Shown: positions 17,063 to 27,196, counted from the first letter of the stretch. The stretch: 64,000 nt of DNA from Bdellovibrionota bacterium (GCA_963668355.1 OY764265.1:1504001-1568000), one strand, 5' to 3'. The notes: a model not told the origin generated them from the sequence alone. Numbers and translations are program-made.

Positions 17063-20000
17063 TCAATGGATGGGTTTTCGATTCTGGTGAGATTTTTTGG
17101 ATTTGAGTCCAAAGACCACCAGAAGAAGGAGCAAATACCAGGGAGCTGTGGAGGGCTGACTAGAGGTTAATGCGCAACCACTGCTGATTCGTGGAGCCAG
17201 AGCGTTTTGGGCGTCGTCGTTGTACGTGGGAATCCAAAGGCCCCAGGGTTGGGGGTCTTCGACGTCAAAATGTTCGATCAGGCGAGTCATCGAGTCTGGA
17301 AGAGGGGCCATTTCCATATTGTGAAGAGGGCTGGCCGAATCCAGCGTGAAATCAGGCCAAGAACCATCGGTGAAATCATGGTCTGCCCAATCGTAGCTCA
17401 CAAAGAGCGGGTCGGCTGAAAGTCCGTGATCTTCCCAGGGGGTAGCTTCTTGAATTTCGCTCACGTTTTGGAAGTGCTCGGTGTCACTCCAGGATTGATC
17501 GTCAATATAGATGACCATGTCGCCGGGGAAACTGGCTCCTTCTTCCGTGCGCCAGCCATTTCCGAAATAGGCGTTATGGTCAATTTCAATGTTCTCGAAG
17601 GTGCCATGACGATCCTGGATGTACAGGCCGTCTCCCTCGTTGTTGACGATGATGTTGTTCTTGATTTGAGCACCCATGGCAACCACGTCTAAGTCATCGC
17701 TTTCGTTCGTATGGCCGCTCATTCGAATTCCATAGGGATTGTTGGCTGCAATATTATTGAAATAGATCACTTCTCCATTTCTCCAATATCCATACATGCT
17801 GTAGCCAATGTGACCATTGTTGTAAGCGACGTTGCCGTACGCATGGATGCCAGTGGCATAGTCAATGTAGAAGCCTTTGCCGCCTAAGCCGGTTCGGGGG
17901 CTGGCATCTCCAACAAAGCGAGCTCCCCGTTTGACGGAAGCATAGGTCCAGCCATAGGTGTCTCGAAAGACATTGTTCATGACGAGAAAGTCTCGAAAGA
18001 CATGTTTGTAAGGGGGGCTACCTCCGATTTTCAAAGCGCCGCAATCCGCATTGAGCTGACAGGCTTTTTCAAAAATATTGTTATAGACGAAGACTTCTCC
18101 GGTTCGAATTTCTTCGGGCTCAAATCCATCTTCTTGAAAGCTGGGTTTGGTCACATCCATGGCGGCCCAGAAATTAAGACCGCAGTGGGCTGTGTGGTGA
18201 ACATGATTTCCTTCAAACCGGAGTTTGTCGGCAAAAGAAAATGTGTTGCCTACCGGGAAATTATAGTCAGACCGGAAGGCCAAATGATGTAATTCGTTGT
18301 TTCGAAAGAGTGTGCGCTGAACGCCTGCTCGGGTCCACCCGTCAACCGGATCTTCCGCGCCAAACCAATACGAAGTTTTGATGCCGAATGTGTCCATGTG
18401 AGAAATTTCAGAATCCTCAAGTGTGAAGTTCTCGATGATGAATTCAGGTGGGCCCAATGTGTTTTGATGTAAATAAACTCCTTGGTTTCCGTATCGAGCT
18501 TCAATGTTCTTAATGTTTACTCCCTGTGACTTCTTTTGATCTCCGTTTTCAATTCTAACCATGTCTCGTTCGAAGAATTCGAAATTAAGCCCATCTACGG
18601 TTACGTAGGATCGATGACTCAAGTCCATGCCATGGTCTAACCAAGAAATTTCGATATCCAGGTTTTCAGGGTTCGTTGCTGTGGTTGGCCAGAAATAGAT
18701 TTTCTGGGAAGCTTCGTCGAACCACCATTCTCCAGGGTTATCTAGGAGGGAAGGGAGGTTTTCTACGAAATACTTTGATCCCCAGCCTAGCCCTACATGC
18801 CAGTTGACGACACAAGGCTCGTCCACTTCGATTTTGCCCTCGCTCCGGTCATGTGCCACGATTTCTCGTTTGAATGTGTTGTGCCCTTGGGATGTGCCCA
18901 TGACCCAAATGTCTGCTCCCACCAAACTGGGAAGCGTGGTTAAGTCGCCGGCTTCAATGTCTGCAGGTTCGGTGTCGAATTGATCATCGGTGAGATAGAT
19001 CGAGGATCGGTTGGCGTTCTCTCCATTGATCTCCGTGGTTTCATCCCATTCAAAGGGAGGAATGTAGGGAGAGGGGCCGTTCCCACCTGTTGCGGCCCAC
19101 CAGTATTCATGATGTTTCCATTCGGTTTGAACCTGCCAATCCGGTTCTCGGGCTAGGGGCATCCGCGTAACGCTTCGATCGGTATCATTGAGAAGCGTTA
19201 CGAATCGAGGAGCTTGTGTGATGTTGAAGGAACTTAAATCCGCTTCGTAAATTTGCGTGGGATTCACTCCGGCTGGAAGTCCGATGGTGTTGCTGGAGAG
19301 TTGTGTCCATGTAAGATCAGAGGAAGCAATGGAACCACGAACAAAAACGGTGTCCTCCCCGGCTTCGGCTTGAATCACGATGGGGTCATTGGCATGTCCG
19401 CTTGTAGCTGGTCTCAAGGATTCCCGATAAATTCCGGGTTGGATGTGGACCGTGCTTCCAGGGGAAACCATGTTTAGCGCGCGTTGGATGGTTTGCACAG
19501 CTTGGCTGGTCGAAGATCCATCTCGATTATCGTCTCCCGTGGCCTGGCTTACCCAAATGTCTTCTCGATGAGGAATAAAAGCTTTTACATTATCGAAGAG
19601 AACGGTTCCGGAGGGGTTGGTGTCAATGGGTTGATTTTGACCAATGGCAAGGATTTTCGCGGCGATTTGGAGATGGTCAATGTCATTTAAAATGCGAACG
19701 GGTGATCCATCGATCCACGCTCCCACCCAGGATCCGGCTTTGAATCCAATCGTGATGTGTTGCCAATCGTTTTCTAAATCGAATTCCCCTTCCACATGAT
19801 CTCTTACGGACTCGGTCTCGGATCGGTAAGAAAGAAATGCTTTGTATTCGCCCTCAGTAGTTTGGCGAACATGGATGGAAACCAAGTCCACCCAAGGATC
19901 GGCTCCTCGCATCGAAGCAATGATAATGGATTGTCCCGGAAGCCATTCACCCTCTGTGTACGGCAGAATCACGGAATTCGGATGGAAGTCGAAAGAGAGG

Positions 20001-20296
20001 AAGCCGGACTCAAAACGGGCCTCGTCGCCAACGCTCAGGTATGCGGCTTCATTTTCGATTTCCGCAGAAAGGGCCGTGCTGCCTGCGATTCCCAAACCTG
20101 TTTCAAGTAGCAAGCGGGACTCATCGGTCACTCCCCAGCGATCGAGGTTTCCGGCTTCAAAACCTTCCGAAAATACAACGTCCAGATTCTCAAGATTTTG
20201 ACCATAAGAGAGGGTTGAACAGAAGGTCGCACAGTAAAGAAAAAGAAAGACTGAAATTGAAAAGCTAATCGTATTTTTTAATCCATTTTCGAACAT
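17063..20296 (-). CDS. Secreted right-handed parallel beta-helix protein with MYXO-CTERM-like sorting tail
   Basis: Signal peptide; GDDNRDGS...TIQRA...HIQPGIYRE (DUF1565-like); Asn-rich beta-helix repeats; C-terminal SGC...WYLLLLLVVFGLKSKK. Confidence 0.8.
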   Translation of the reverse strand: MFENGLKNTISFSISVFLFLYCATFCSTLSYGQNLENLDVVFSEGFEAGNLDRWGVTDESRLLLETGLGIAGSTALSAEIENEAAYLSVGDEARFESGFLSFDFHPNSVILPYTEGEWLPGQSIIIASMRGADPWVDLVSIHVRQTTEGEYKAFLSYRSETESVRDHVEGEFDLENDWQHITIGFKAGSWVGAWIDGSPVRILNDIDHLQIAAKILAIGQNQPIDTNPSGTVLFDNVKAFIPHREDIWVSQATGDDNRDGSSTSQAVQTIQRALNMVSPGSTVHIQPGIYRESLRPATSGHANDPIVIQAEAGEDTVFVRGSIASSDLTWTQLSSNTIGLPAGVNPTQIYEADLSSFNITQAPRFVTLLNDTDRSVTRMPLAREPDWQVQTEWKHHEYWWAATGGNGPSPYIPPFEWDETTEINGENANRSSIYLTDDQFDTEPADIEAGDLTTLPSLVGADIWVMGTSQGHNTFKREIVAHDRSEGKIEVDEPCVVNWHVGLGWGSKYFVENLPSLLDNPGEWWFDEASQKIYFWPTTATNPENLDIEISWLDHGMDLSHRSYVTVDGLNFEFFERDMVRIENGDQKKSQGVNIKNIEARYGNQGVYLHQNTLGPPEFIIENFTLEDSEISHMDTFGIKTSYWFGAEDPVDGWTRAGVQRTLFRNNELHHLAFRSDYNFPVGNTFSFADKLRFEGNHVHHTAHCGLNFWAAMDVTKPSFQEDGFEPEEIRTGEVFVYNNIFEKACQLNADCGALKIGGSPPYKHVFRDFLVMNNVFRDTYGWTYASVKRGARFVGDASPRTGLGGKGFYIDYATGIHAYGNVAYNNGHIGYSMYGYWRNGEVIYFNNIAANNPYGIRMSGHTNESDDLDVVAMGAQIKNNIIVNNEGDGLYIQDRHGTFENIEIDHNAYFGNGWRTEEGASFPGDMVIYIDDQSWSDTEHFQNVSEIQEATPWEDHGLSADPLFVSYDWADHDFTDGSWPDFTLDSASPLHNMEMAPLPDSMTRLIEHFDVEDPQPWGLWIPTYNDDAQNALAPRISSGCALTSSQPSTAPWYLLLLLVVFGLKSKKSHQNRKPIH

Positions 20297-20326
20297 TATT
20301 TACCGCGCGGTTTCAGCTCAAAAAGC

Positions 20327-20367
20327 TGCAAATCAAGTGCCACCCCACACAATCTAACGAGTTGAAA
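20327..20367 (-). promoter_or_regulatory. sigma54 promoter with upstream IHF-like site
   Basis: TGGCAC-TTGAT-TTGCA (20342-20327); TTTCAA-CTCG-TTA (20367-20355). Confidence 0.75.
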
Positions 20368-20819
20368 TTATTGCTGAAAAAAAGGGGTTTTTGAAGAGGA
20401 ATCGCAAAGACATGCATTTTTTGCAGGAACTAAGAAAGAAGTTGTGGGTGCGCCATTCCTTCGGACACGGTCCGGGGATGAATTCACATATTGAATATGC
20501 CAATCCATCCCCGTTTCTGGAGATTCAATCTCGGTTTTTCAGACTTTTCAATCCTTTTAAGATGTGTCGCGTTGTATAAGCTGATTGAGGCCGAGTGGCA
20601 TATTCTTTGGGAAGTTTCGTGGTTTCATTCGCGCTATTCGTTTTTGTATAAAGCTCTTGTGCAAAAACGTATGATGCTTCCAAATACCTGTCCTCGACTC
20701 TTCTAAACCGGTTCATGTTTTCCCTCCCGAAACCTTTTCTATCAAGCCTTTGCGCCAAGTCAACGCGTCTAAATGTCGCGCTTTTTCTTGAGGTTTTTCT
20801 GAGGCGAACGTGGTGCAGT

Positions 20820-22589
20820 TTATTTCGAGCGAGCGGAGAGGCGGTCAAATTTGATTTCGTTGGTTTTGGGGTTGAGTTCTCCAAACGATAACACTTCAGT
20901 TGGACACACCTGGATGCAGGAACTGCATCGGACACATTCGGGATCATTCATGGGAAGACCTCTTTGCGCAAAACTCATGACGTGAATCCCTTGGTGACAG
21001 GTTTGTGTGCAGGAATGACAACTTATGCATTTTTCTTTGTTGGTGAAGATTCGATACCGAGAAAAACGGGCGTAGATGTGCATGAGAGCGGCTAAGGGAC
21101 ATGCAAAGCGACACCAAGTTCGTCCACTGAACCAAAAATAAAGCCCAACGCCGAGGATTCCGGAGAGAAAGAGATCCACAAACCAGCTGTAATGAAAAAT
21201 GGGTAGGTCTGAGAGAACAAACCAAAAGATACGTTCCAGTCCCGTGTTGGGAAAAACCCATGTGATCGTGCGAAGAATGAACAAGAAGAAAGCCACACCC
21301 AAAATGATTTGGCCAAGCATGTTTAATCGGTTCCAAAATTTTCCATGTGGCATTTTATGACGATGCTCATCGCCCAAGGTTTCCGCCAAGGCGCCACAGG
21401 AACAAATCCAACCACAGTACGACCCTTTTCCCCACTTCCAAACTAACCAGGGGATGAGAACAAAGGTTTGGATCAGACTGATCACCAGCCACGCCCACAT
21501 AGGTTGGCTTGTAAAGACGTTCCAGATGAACAAAGGCCAAGCGAGAATTAAACCGTAGGACCTCCAATACGCTCGGTTCATCCCCAAGTTGTCATAAGAC
21601 TCGAAAAACAAGTCTGCGATTTGGCCACCGGTGGTTCCATTTAAAAACCACCCATTGTTTCCAGCCCAAGGCAATAAAATCTCGGGAAGTAGAAATAAAG
21701 GCAAAAGCTGAAAAGCCATCAACGTGAGGGTTTGGACGGTTACATACTGGGTGTTTCGTTTGCGAATTCGACGAATGCCAAAAATAACGACGATGAGCGA
21801 ATAAGCCAGTGTGTAGTAAAAGCTCGGACTTCCCATCGAGTGAACCAGCGTTTGGAGAATGTGACCTTGGGTCGAGGCGGCGGTCGCAAAACTCTTTCCC
21901 AAAGAATTGAATAGCAAGTCAAAGTTAAAGGGAAACCAGTCTCGGTCTTGAAAGATTTGATAGAACGGAAGAACTTTATTGTCGCTTTTCCAATTGTATA
22001 AGAAAAAACAAAAGATCATCGAAAAGGCGAGGCTGGCATAACTGAACCAGGTCCAATCTCCCACACGTGGGATACGGGACTTTTTAAAAAATGTGTTGGA
22101 AGCCTTTCGGCTACGTTTCCCAGTGGCGATGATGACATGGGAAACATCTTTGGATGTACCATCCGAAAAAAACACCTGGAATCCCTGGGCCTGCTTTCGA
22201 AGATGTGTGGCTTCCAGGTTTTGAACCTCCAGGTTGTGTTTTTTATGGTTTTCTTTGTTTTTGTTTTTTTCAAAGAGCAAAAAATCAAGCTTGGCCTTTT
22301 GAGCCTCTTTGGCGGCTTCAATACCGGAAGTCCCTGCACCAATGATGGCCAGACGAATATTCTCCTTTTCCGATGGGGAGGCGTTTTGTTCGAGAATTTT
22401 TTCAACGGCCAAGGCTCCAGAGCGAGCGGAGTCTTTTTCAGTGAAGCCATTGTTCAAAGGGCCCACGGCGTAAGCTCCAGCGTTCTTCTTCAGTTCTCCC
22501 CATTCATTGGTTTTGGGAGGTTTTTCATTTTGCGAAGCTGGAAAACCCGTATGGATCCAAGAAGTGTATTTGCTTAGGAAAGGAATCAC
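20820..22589 (-). CDS. Membrane 4Fe-4S binding protein (NapH/RdxA-like) with short N-terminal Rossmann remnant
   Basis: IIGAGTSG; YCGWICSCG; WCRFACP; CISCHSCTQTC and CVRCSSCIQVCP; several TM helices. Confidence 0.8.
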   Translation of the reverse strand: MIPFLSKYTSWIHTGFPASQNEKPPKTNEWGELKKNAGAYAVGPLNNGFTEKDSARSGALAVEKILEQNASPSEKENIRLAIIGAGTSGIEAAKEAQKAKLDFLLFEKNKNKENHKKHNLEVQNLEATHLRKQAQGFQVFFSDGTSKDVSHVIIATGKRSRKASNTFFKKSRIPRVGDWTWFSYASLAFSMIFCFFLYNWKSDNKVLPFYQIFQDRDWFPFNFDLLFNSLGKSFATAASTQGHILQTLVHSMGSPSFYYTLAYSLIVVIFGIRRIRKRNTQYVTVQTLTLMAFQLLPLFLLPEILLPWAGNNGWFLNGTTGGQIADLFFESYDNLGMNRAYWRSYGLILAWPLFIWNVFTSQPMWAWLVISLIQTFVLIPWLVWKWGKGSYCGWICSCGALAETLGDEHRHKMPHGKFWNRLNMLGQIILGVAFFLFILRTITWVFPNTGLERIFWFVLSDLPIFHYSWFVDLFLSGILGVGLYFWFSGRTWCRFACPLAALMHIYARFSRYRIFTNKEKCISCHSCTQTCHQGIHVMSFAQRGLPMNDPECVRCSSCIQVCPTEVLSFGELNPKTNEIKFDRLSARSK

Positions 22590-22737
22590 GTCAATGCGCC
22601 TTCTCTTAGATTAAATCACTCCGCCTGGATTCATAAGCCCCCGAAGCTAAATAATTTGACGATACAGTGCAATATATTACATTTACGTGCTTCAAATTGA
22701 GGTTAGCGTAGAGGTTTTTGACTGTTGAGGAGAAAGC

Positions 22738-23445
22738 ATGAAGCAGAACAAGAAAGCAGAACATCCCAATCGACGAGAAGAGGATTTCATTTTAGACGAT
22801 GACTTCCTTTCAGAGCTTGACGTCGCTTTCGATGCTCTTGAAGAGACGGGCGAAAAAACTCCAAATAAAGGGGAATCCTCGGTCTCTAGACAAGAGATGG
22901 ATACGTATCAGATGCAAAGCACCTATTTGGCTGTGACGCAATTGCATCTTAAGCCTGTACTTCGTTACTTGAAGGCGATCGAGAAGGGTGTTGCTTCGAA
23001 AGACCTCTGTGAGCTGGTTTACTTCGTGGTGAGTCCGTTGGTTGGAAAAACACAGAGTGTGGGATTGGATGAACACTCCAAAGCGCTGGATGACTTCCAA
23101 AAAGCTCTTAAAACCGTGGTGAAAGCACGTTCTCGAAGAATTACTCATGACCAAAAAGAGCGTTTGATGGAAACCTTTGCCCCGGTTCACATGATGTTCG
23201 GTCTCGAATTTCGAGGGCATGCATCGGCCGTGGTGAATTTGTTGGGCTTCTTTCGTTCGCTTCGTAGAAAGAAAGCTTTTGGAGACGCGGACCTCAAAAA
23301 GCTGTTTGGAATTGGAATTCCTTCGCTATCGATGCTTCGAAAAACCTCTCTCAAAGAGTTGGAATCTCTTTCAGGCCTTTCTGCTGATAAAGTCCAAATT
23401 CTGCGAAAATCTGCCAGAGAATTCAGCATTCTGTCTCTAGTTTAA
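22738..23445 (+). CDS. Hypothetical protein with helix-hairpin-helix-like C-terminus
   Basis: 235-aa ORF, GAGGAG RBS; KLFGIGIPSL...SLKELESLSGLS pattern. Confidence 0.7.
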   Translation: MKQNKKAEHPNRREEDFILDDDFLSELDVAFDALEETGEKTPNKGESSVSRQEMDTYQMQSTYLAVTQLHLKPVLRYLKAIEKGVASKDLCELVYFVVSPLVGKTQSVGLDEHSKALDDFQKALKTVVKARSRRITHDQKERLMETFAPVHMMFGLEFRGHASAVVNLLGFFRSLRRKKAFGDADLKKLFGIGIPSLSMLRKTSLKELESLSGLSADKVQILRKSAREFSILSLV

Positions 23446-23656
23446 GAAAAAATCTTGAAAACACGAGCCGAATCGAGGATTTGGCTCGTGTTTTTTGGTT
23501 AAAGTGGGACAGAGCAGTCAAATATTCGTCAAAAGTGGGATTAGTTTCCTGAATTTTCGGACTTTTTTGGTTTAAACAAAGCTCGAGCTTGCAAAAAGCG
23601 CGACATCCGTCGCGCAAGAGGACTCCGAAATCGTTGTTAAGAATAGCTACGTTTAA

Positions 23657-23861
23657 GAGAAGCGGGTCTGGAGATGACTCTCTCCGCTTCGGGTTACGTT
23701 CGCTCCAAAGACTACGATCACTGCAGGCGGGGCCCCTCGTTGTCCGCCCAGCGTCAAGCAAAGCTTGCCGCAGGTCGTCTCCGTTTCCCCTACCTTCCGT
23801 TCACGAGGTCTTTGGGCTCTCTTCACAGGCGCGGAGAGAGTCATCTCCAGATCCGCTTTTC
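23657..23861 (+). repeat. 205-bp element with 31-bp terminal inverted repeat (MITE/REPIN-like or ncRNA)
   Basis: Arms 23657-23687 and 23831-23861 complementary with two G-T wobbles; internal stems. Confidence 0.8.
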
Positions 23862-24170
23862 GTGATGAGTAATTCTTTTATCTCGCTCCCCTCGCTCGAA
23901 ATCATTCGTTCAAAAAGAGACAATTTTTTTGTGAGAGATGTTTTTAAAGTTACCTTGGAGATGTTGAAAGGGTGGCGTTGTGGGACGAATCGCCTGAGGA
24001 CGGTCCTCCGCCCGCAAGGGGATGGGCCCCACAACGTCAGGACCCTCCCACAAAATCTCCTCGGCTCACTTTATGCCCAGAACGAAACTCATGCGCGACG
24101 AATGTCGCGCTTTTCCATTTATTTTGAAAAGGAATCTTAAGGTGTTCATAGTTAGGAAAAAGATCTACGC

Positions 24171-25805
24171 ATGAATTTTAGAATCTCAGCTCCTTATGTA
24201 TTTTTAATCCTCCTGTTTTGTGGGTTGGTGGTGTTCGGTCGGGCTTCTTTTTTTTCCTTCTTGGATTGGGACGATCCCACCTATGTCACCCAAAACTCCA
24301 GAGTGGTGTCCGCAGATAAAGATGCGTGGTTGGACGTGCTCAATCCTTTTTCGGCTTTAAATGGAGAAAAAAAGGAGTTCCTTCCGCTCCTGGAGAGTAT
24401 TTATCGCGTTCTTTATCAAGTCGGTGGAGGGTCTCCGGTTCCTTTCCATTTGGCCAGTATCCTCTTTCATGTTTTGGCCTCTTTCTTTTTCTTTCTTCTC
24501 TTAAAGTCCTTATCTCTTAAGGATGCGCCGAGTTTGTTCGGCTCTCTAGTGTTTTTGGTTCATCCGTTTCATGTGGAGTCTGTGGCTTGGGTCTCGGGGC
24601 TGAAAGATCCTTTGGTGGCCTGTTTTATTTTTTTGGGGTTACTGTCCTACGCGCGAACCCAGAAATTGGGAGATCGATTTTGGTGGGGAAGTTTTCTTGC
24701 CTTGCTTTTGGCCTTTTTAAGTAAAGGTGTGGCCTTGGTTTTTGTTCCTTTGGCCTTACTCGTGGATATCGGTTTCCAAAAGCGAACGCTCCGAAAAAGT
24801 CTTCCCTTGATTTGGCCTCATATCTGTTTGTCGATGCTTTTCAGCGTTTGGATACTTGTCATTGCCATATCCAATCAGGTTGTCAAAGCCCCCCTTGAAG
24901 GAAGTCCCTGGTTCACATTTTTTACGATGACCGAGGTGTTTTCACAGTATTTGGCGAAGATGATTCTCCCCATTGAGCTCAGCGCGCATTACAAACCCAT
25001 TCCCATCGAATCTTTTTGGAGTCAGCGTTTCTTGGTGAGCGTGTGTACGCTTTCTGCAGGAGCCTTTTTGGCGTTTCGTTTTCGAAAAAAGAAGGAGGTT
25101 TTTTTCCCTCTTTTTTGGTTTTTGATTTGTTTTCTTCCCGTGTCCAACATCATTCCCTTATCTACACAGATGGCGGATCGCTATATGTATATCGCCATAG
25201 GAGGATATTGTTTTTTTCTCGCCAAAATTTTTGTTGATCGGGATCGTGTTGGCTGGGGAAAGGGAGTCCTGATCACATTTCTGTTGGTTTTGTATGGAAG
25301 CATGTCGTTTTTGCGCGTGGGGGTTTGGGAGAATGATCGGGGATTGTGGAAAGATGTAACCCAAAAGGCTCCTCACAACGTGATGGCCTGGAATAATTAT
25401 GGCGCAGCTATGATGAAAGATGGAGATGTGGAACGTGCGAGCCATGTTTTTGAAAATTTAACCCATGTGGCTGCTTGGAAGAAAGAAGCGTGGAACAATT
25501 TGGGGCGAAGCAAACTTCTTTTGTTTCGAAAGCATGGAAATCCATCGGATTTGAGGGTTGCGGAACGCTCTCTTAGAGAGGCGATTCAGAACGATCAAAA
25601 TTACGTGGAGGCGCTGAATAATTTGGGAATCGTATGGTGGGAAAGAGGTCTTTTGGAAAGAAATCCCCTTTTTCTCGTTCGTTCCAAACGTGTCTTCGAA
25701 AAGGCTTTGAACATGGACCCGGCCTATGGTCCGGCAAAAAGAAATCTGGAAGTATTGAATATCCAAATGGATATCCTGAATCGAAAAAAAGGAGTGCAGA
25801 AATGA
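24171..25805 (+). CDS. TMTC-like GT-C glycosyltransferase with TPR repeats
   Basis: WDD motif, HPFHVESVAWVS, ADRYMY, VWEND, C-terminal TPRs. Confidence 0.85.
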   Translation: MNFRISAPYVFLILLFCGLVVFGRASFFSFLDWDDPTYVTQNSRVVSADKDAWLDVLNPFSALNGEKKEFLPLLESIYRVLYQVGGGSPVPFHLASILFHVLASFFFFLLLKSLSLKDAPSLFGSLVFLVHPFHVESVAWVSGLKDPLVACFIFLGLLSYARTQKLGDRFWWGSFLALLLAFLSKGVALVFVPLALLVDIGFQKRTLRKSLPLIWPHICLSMLFSVWILVIAISNQVVKAPLEGSPWFTFFTMTEVFSQYLAKMILPIELSAHYKPIPIESFWSQRFLVSVCTLSAGAFLAFRFRKKKEVFFPLFWFLICFLPVSNIIPLSTQMADRYMYIAIGGYCFFLAKIFVDRDRVGWGKGVLITFLLVLYGSMSFLRVGVWENDRGLWKDVTQKAPHNVMAWNNYGAAMMKDGDVERASHVFENLTHVAAWKKEAWNNLGRSKLLLFRKHGNPSDLRVAERSLREAIQNDQNYVEALNNLGIVWWERGLLERNPLFLVRSKRVFEKALNMDPAYGPAKRNLEVLNIQMDILNRKKGVQK

Positions 25806-26824
25806 ACGCCATGCCAAACATTCGATATTTAGAACATGAAAGTTCGTTGTTGAAGGGAAATCCCAGAAACGATCCTCATGTTAGAAGACTTCCGATTTAT
25901 CTGCCTCCTGCGTATGACGAGAAACGTTCTCAGCCTTACCCCGTCGTTTTTGTCTTGGCGGGTTACGGTGGCCGGGGAGCCGGCAGTTTGAATGATGCCG
26001 GGGTATTTTCCCTTTCTTTGCCGGAGCGTTTGGATCAAGCCATCACTGCGGAAGAGATGTCTGCAGCCATTCTTGTTTTTCCAGACTGCGGAACCAAACT
26101 TGGAGGAAGCCAATATGTAGATTCTTCATCCAATGGACCCTATATGCGCTATCTCGTGGAAGAGTTGGTGCCCTTTGTGGATCGACACTTCAATACTTTT
26201 GGAGAGGGTTCTCATCGAGGTGTGACCGGTCATTCCAGCGGGGGGTTTGGTTCGATGGTTTTGGGCATGAAACACCCAGACGTTTTTCCTTATATCTGCA
26301 GTTCAGCGGGAGATACTTGGTATGAGTACCTCTATCTTCAGTTGATTCCCAAATGCGTCCGAACATTGAAGCGCTCTGGCGGCGTGGGTCCTTTTATTGA
26401 AAAGTTTTTGGAATCTCCCAACCCCTTTGGGTTGCTCAAACGAGATGATGGCGAAACCATGATGACTTTGGCCATTTGCAGTTGTTTTGCTCCCAACCCG
26501 GGTGTCCCTCATATTGGAGGAGATCTCTATTTTGATGAACGAACGGGGGCGTTGATTCCGGAGGTGTGGGAGAAAATTTTGGCCTGGGATCCCGTTCGGA
26601 TGGTTCAGGACCATGTCGAGAATTTAAGAAAGCTCAAATGGATTTCGTTAGAGGCCGGAGTGGACGATGAGTATGGGTTGGACCTGGGCCACAGGCAGTT
26701 TGCGAAGCAATTGGATCGCTTTAACATTTCGGTTGAACTCAAGGAATATCCCGGAAGGCATGGGGGCCACACCTATCGTTATGTCGAGAGAGTCAAGCGG
26801 ATGCTTGGTGCGATGAAAGTTTAA
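25802..26824 (+). CDS. Esterase (enterochelin-esterase-like alpha/beta hydrolase)
   Basis: IYLPPAY, GHSSGG nucleophile elbow, C-terminal His; ATGA overlap with upstream stop. Confidence 0.85.
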   Translation: MNAMPNIRYLEHESSLLKGNPRNDPHVRRLPIYLPPAYDEKRSQPYPVVFVLAGYGGRGAGSLNDAGVFSLSLPERLDQAITAEEMSAAILVFPDCGTKLGGSQYVDSSSNGPYMRYLVEELVPFVDRHFNTFGEGSHRGVTGHSSGGFGSMVLGMKHPDVFPYICSSAGDTWYEYLYLQLIPKCVRTLKRSGGVGPFIEKFLESPNPFGLLKRDDGETMMTLAICSCFAPNPGVPHIGGDLYFDERTGALIPEVWEKILAWDPVRMVQDHVENLRKLKWISLEAGVDDEYGLDLGHRQFAKQLDRFNISVELKEYPGRHGGHTYRYVERVKRMLGAMKV

Positions 26825-27135
26825 GGCTGCTTTTTTGTGTCGATTTGAATGGATTCCGGTTGGGTTCGTCCACACGCGAGAGAGTCCGTCATTCCTGAAG
26901 ATAGAAACGCACAGGCATTATCTGTAGCTGTACGGACGCATCGCTCCTCATCTCGTCCCGTAGCCGTGCGACACTTCTGTTTGCCCTTGTATTTGATGCA
27001 GACGGAGCAATGTAAGGTTTCGGTTCGAAGAATGTTCCATGTTAACCATGCCGTTGGAATGGCGATGATCAGCAACATGAGAAAGATGCGAAGAAACTTT
27101 ATGAATGGTGAACGAAGTTCGTCTTTGTATGACAT
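26821..27135 (-). CDS. Small membrane-anchored Cys-rich protein
   Basis: One TM helix then six Cys in an extracytoplasmic domain. Confidence 0.7.
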   Translation of the reverse strand: MSYKDELRSPFIKFLRIFLMLLIIAIPTAWLTWNILRTETLHCSVCIKYKGKQKCRTATGRDEERCVRTATDNACAFLSSGMTDSLACGRTQPESIQIDTKKQP

Positions 27136-27157
27136 GGGTTTTTATTTCGTGTGAAAA

Positions 27158-27195
27158 GAAAAAGTGGGTTTTGTTTCAACAAAACCCACTTTTTA
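27158..27195 (-). terminator. Intrinsic terminator of 6S RNA
   Basis: AAAAAGTGGGTTTTGTT/AACAAAACCCACTTTTT hairpin. Confidence 0.85.
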
Positions 27196-27196
27196 T

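Noticed and set aside
20300..20819. ORFs in the 520-bp intergenic region
   Set aside because: No motifs; better explained as a sigma54 upstream activation region
23423..24140. ORFs across the inverted-repeat region (e.g. 23589-24140)
   Set aside because: Repeated RRESSPDPL/GSGDDSLR peptides simply mirror the DNA inverted repeat
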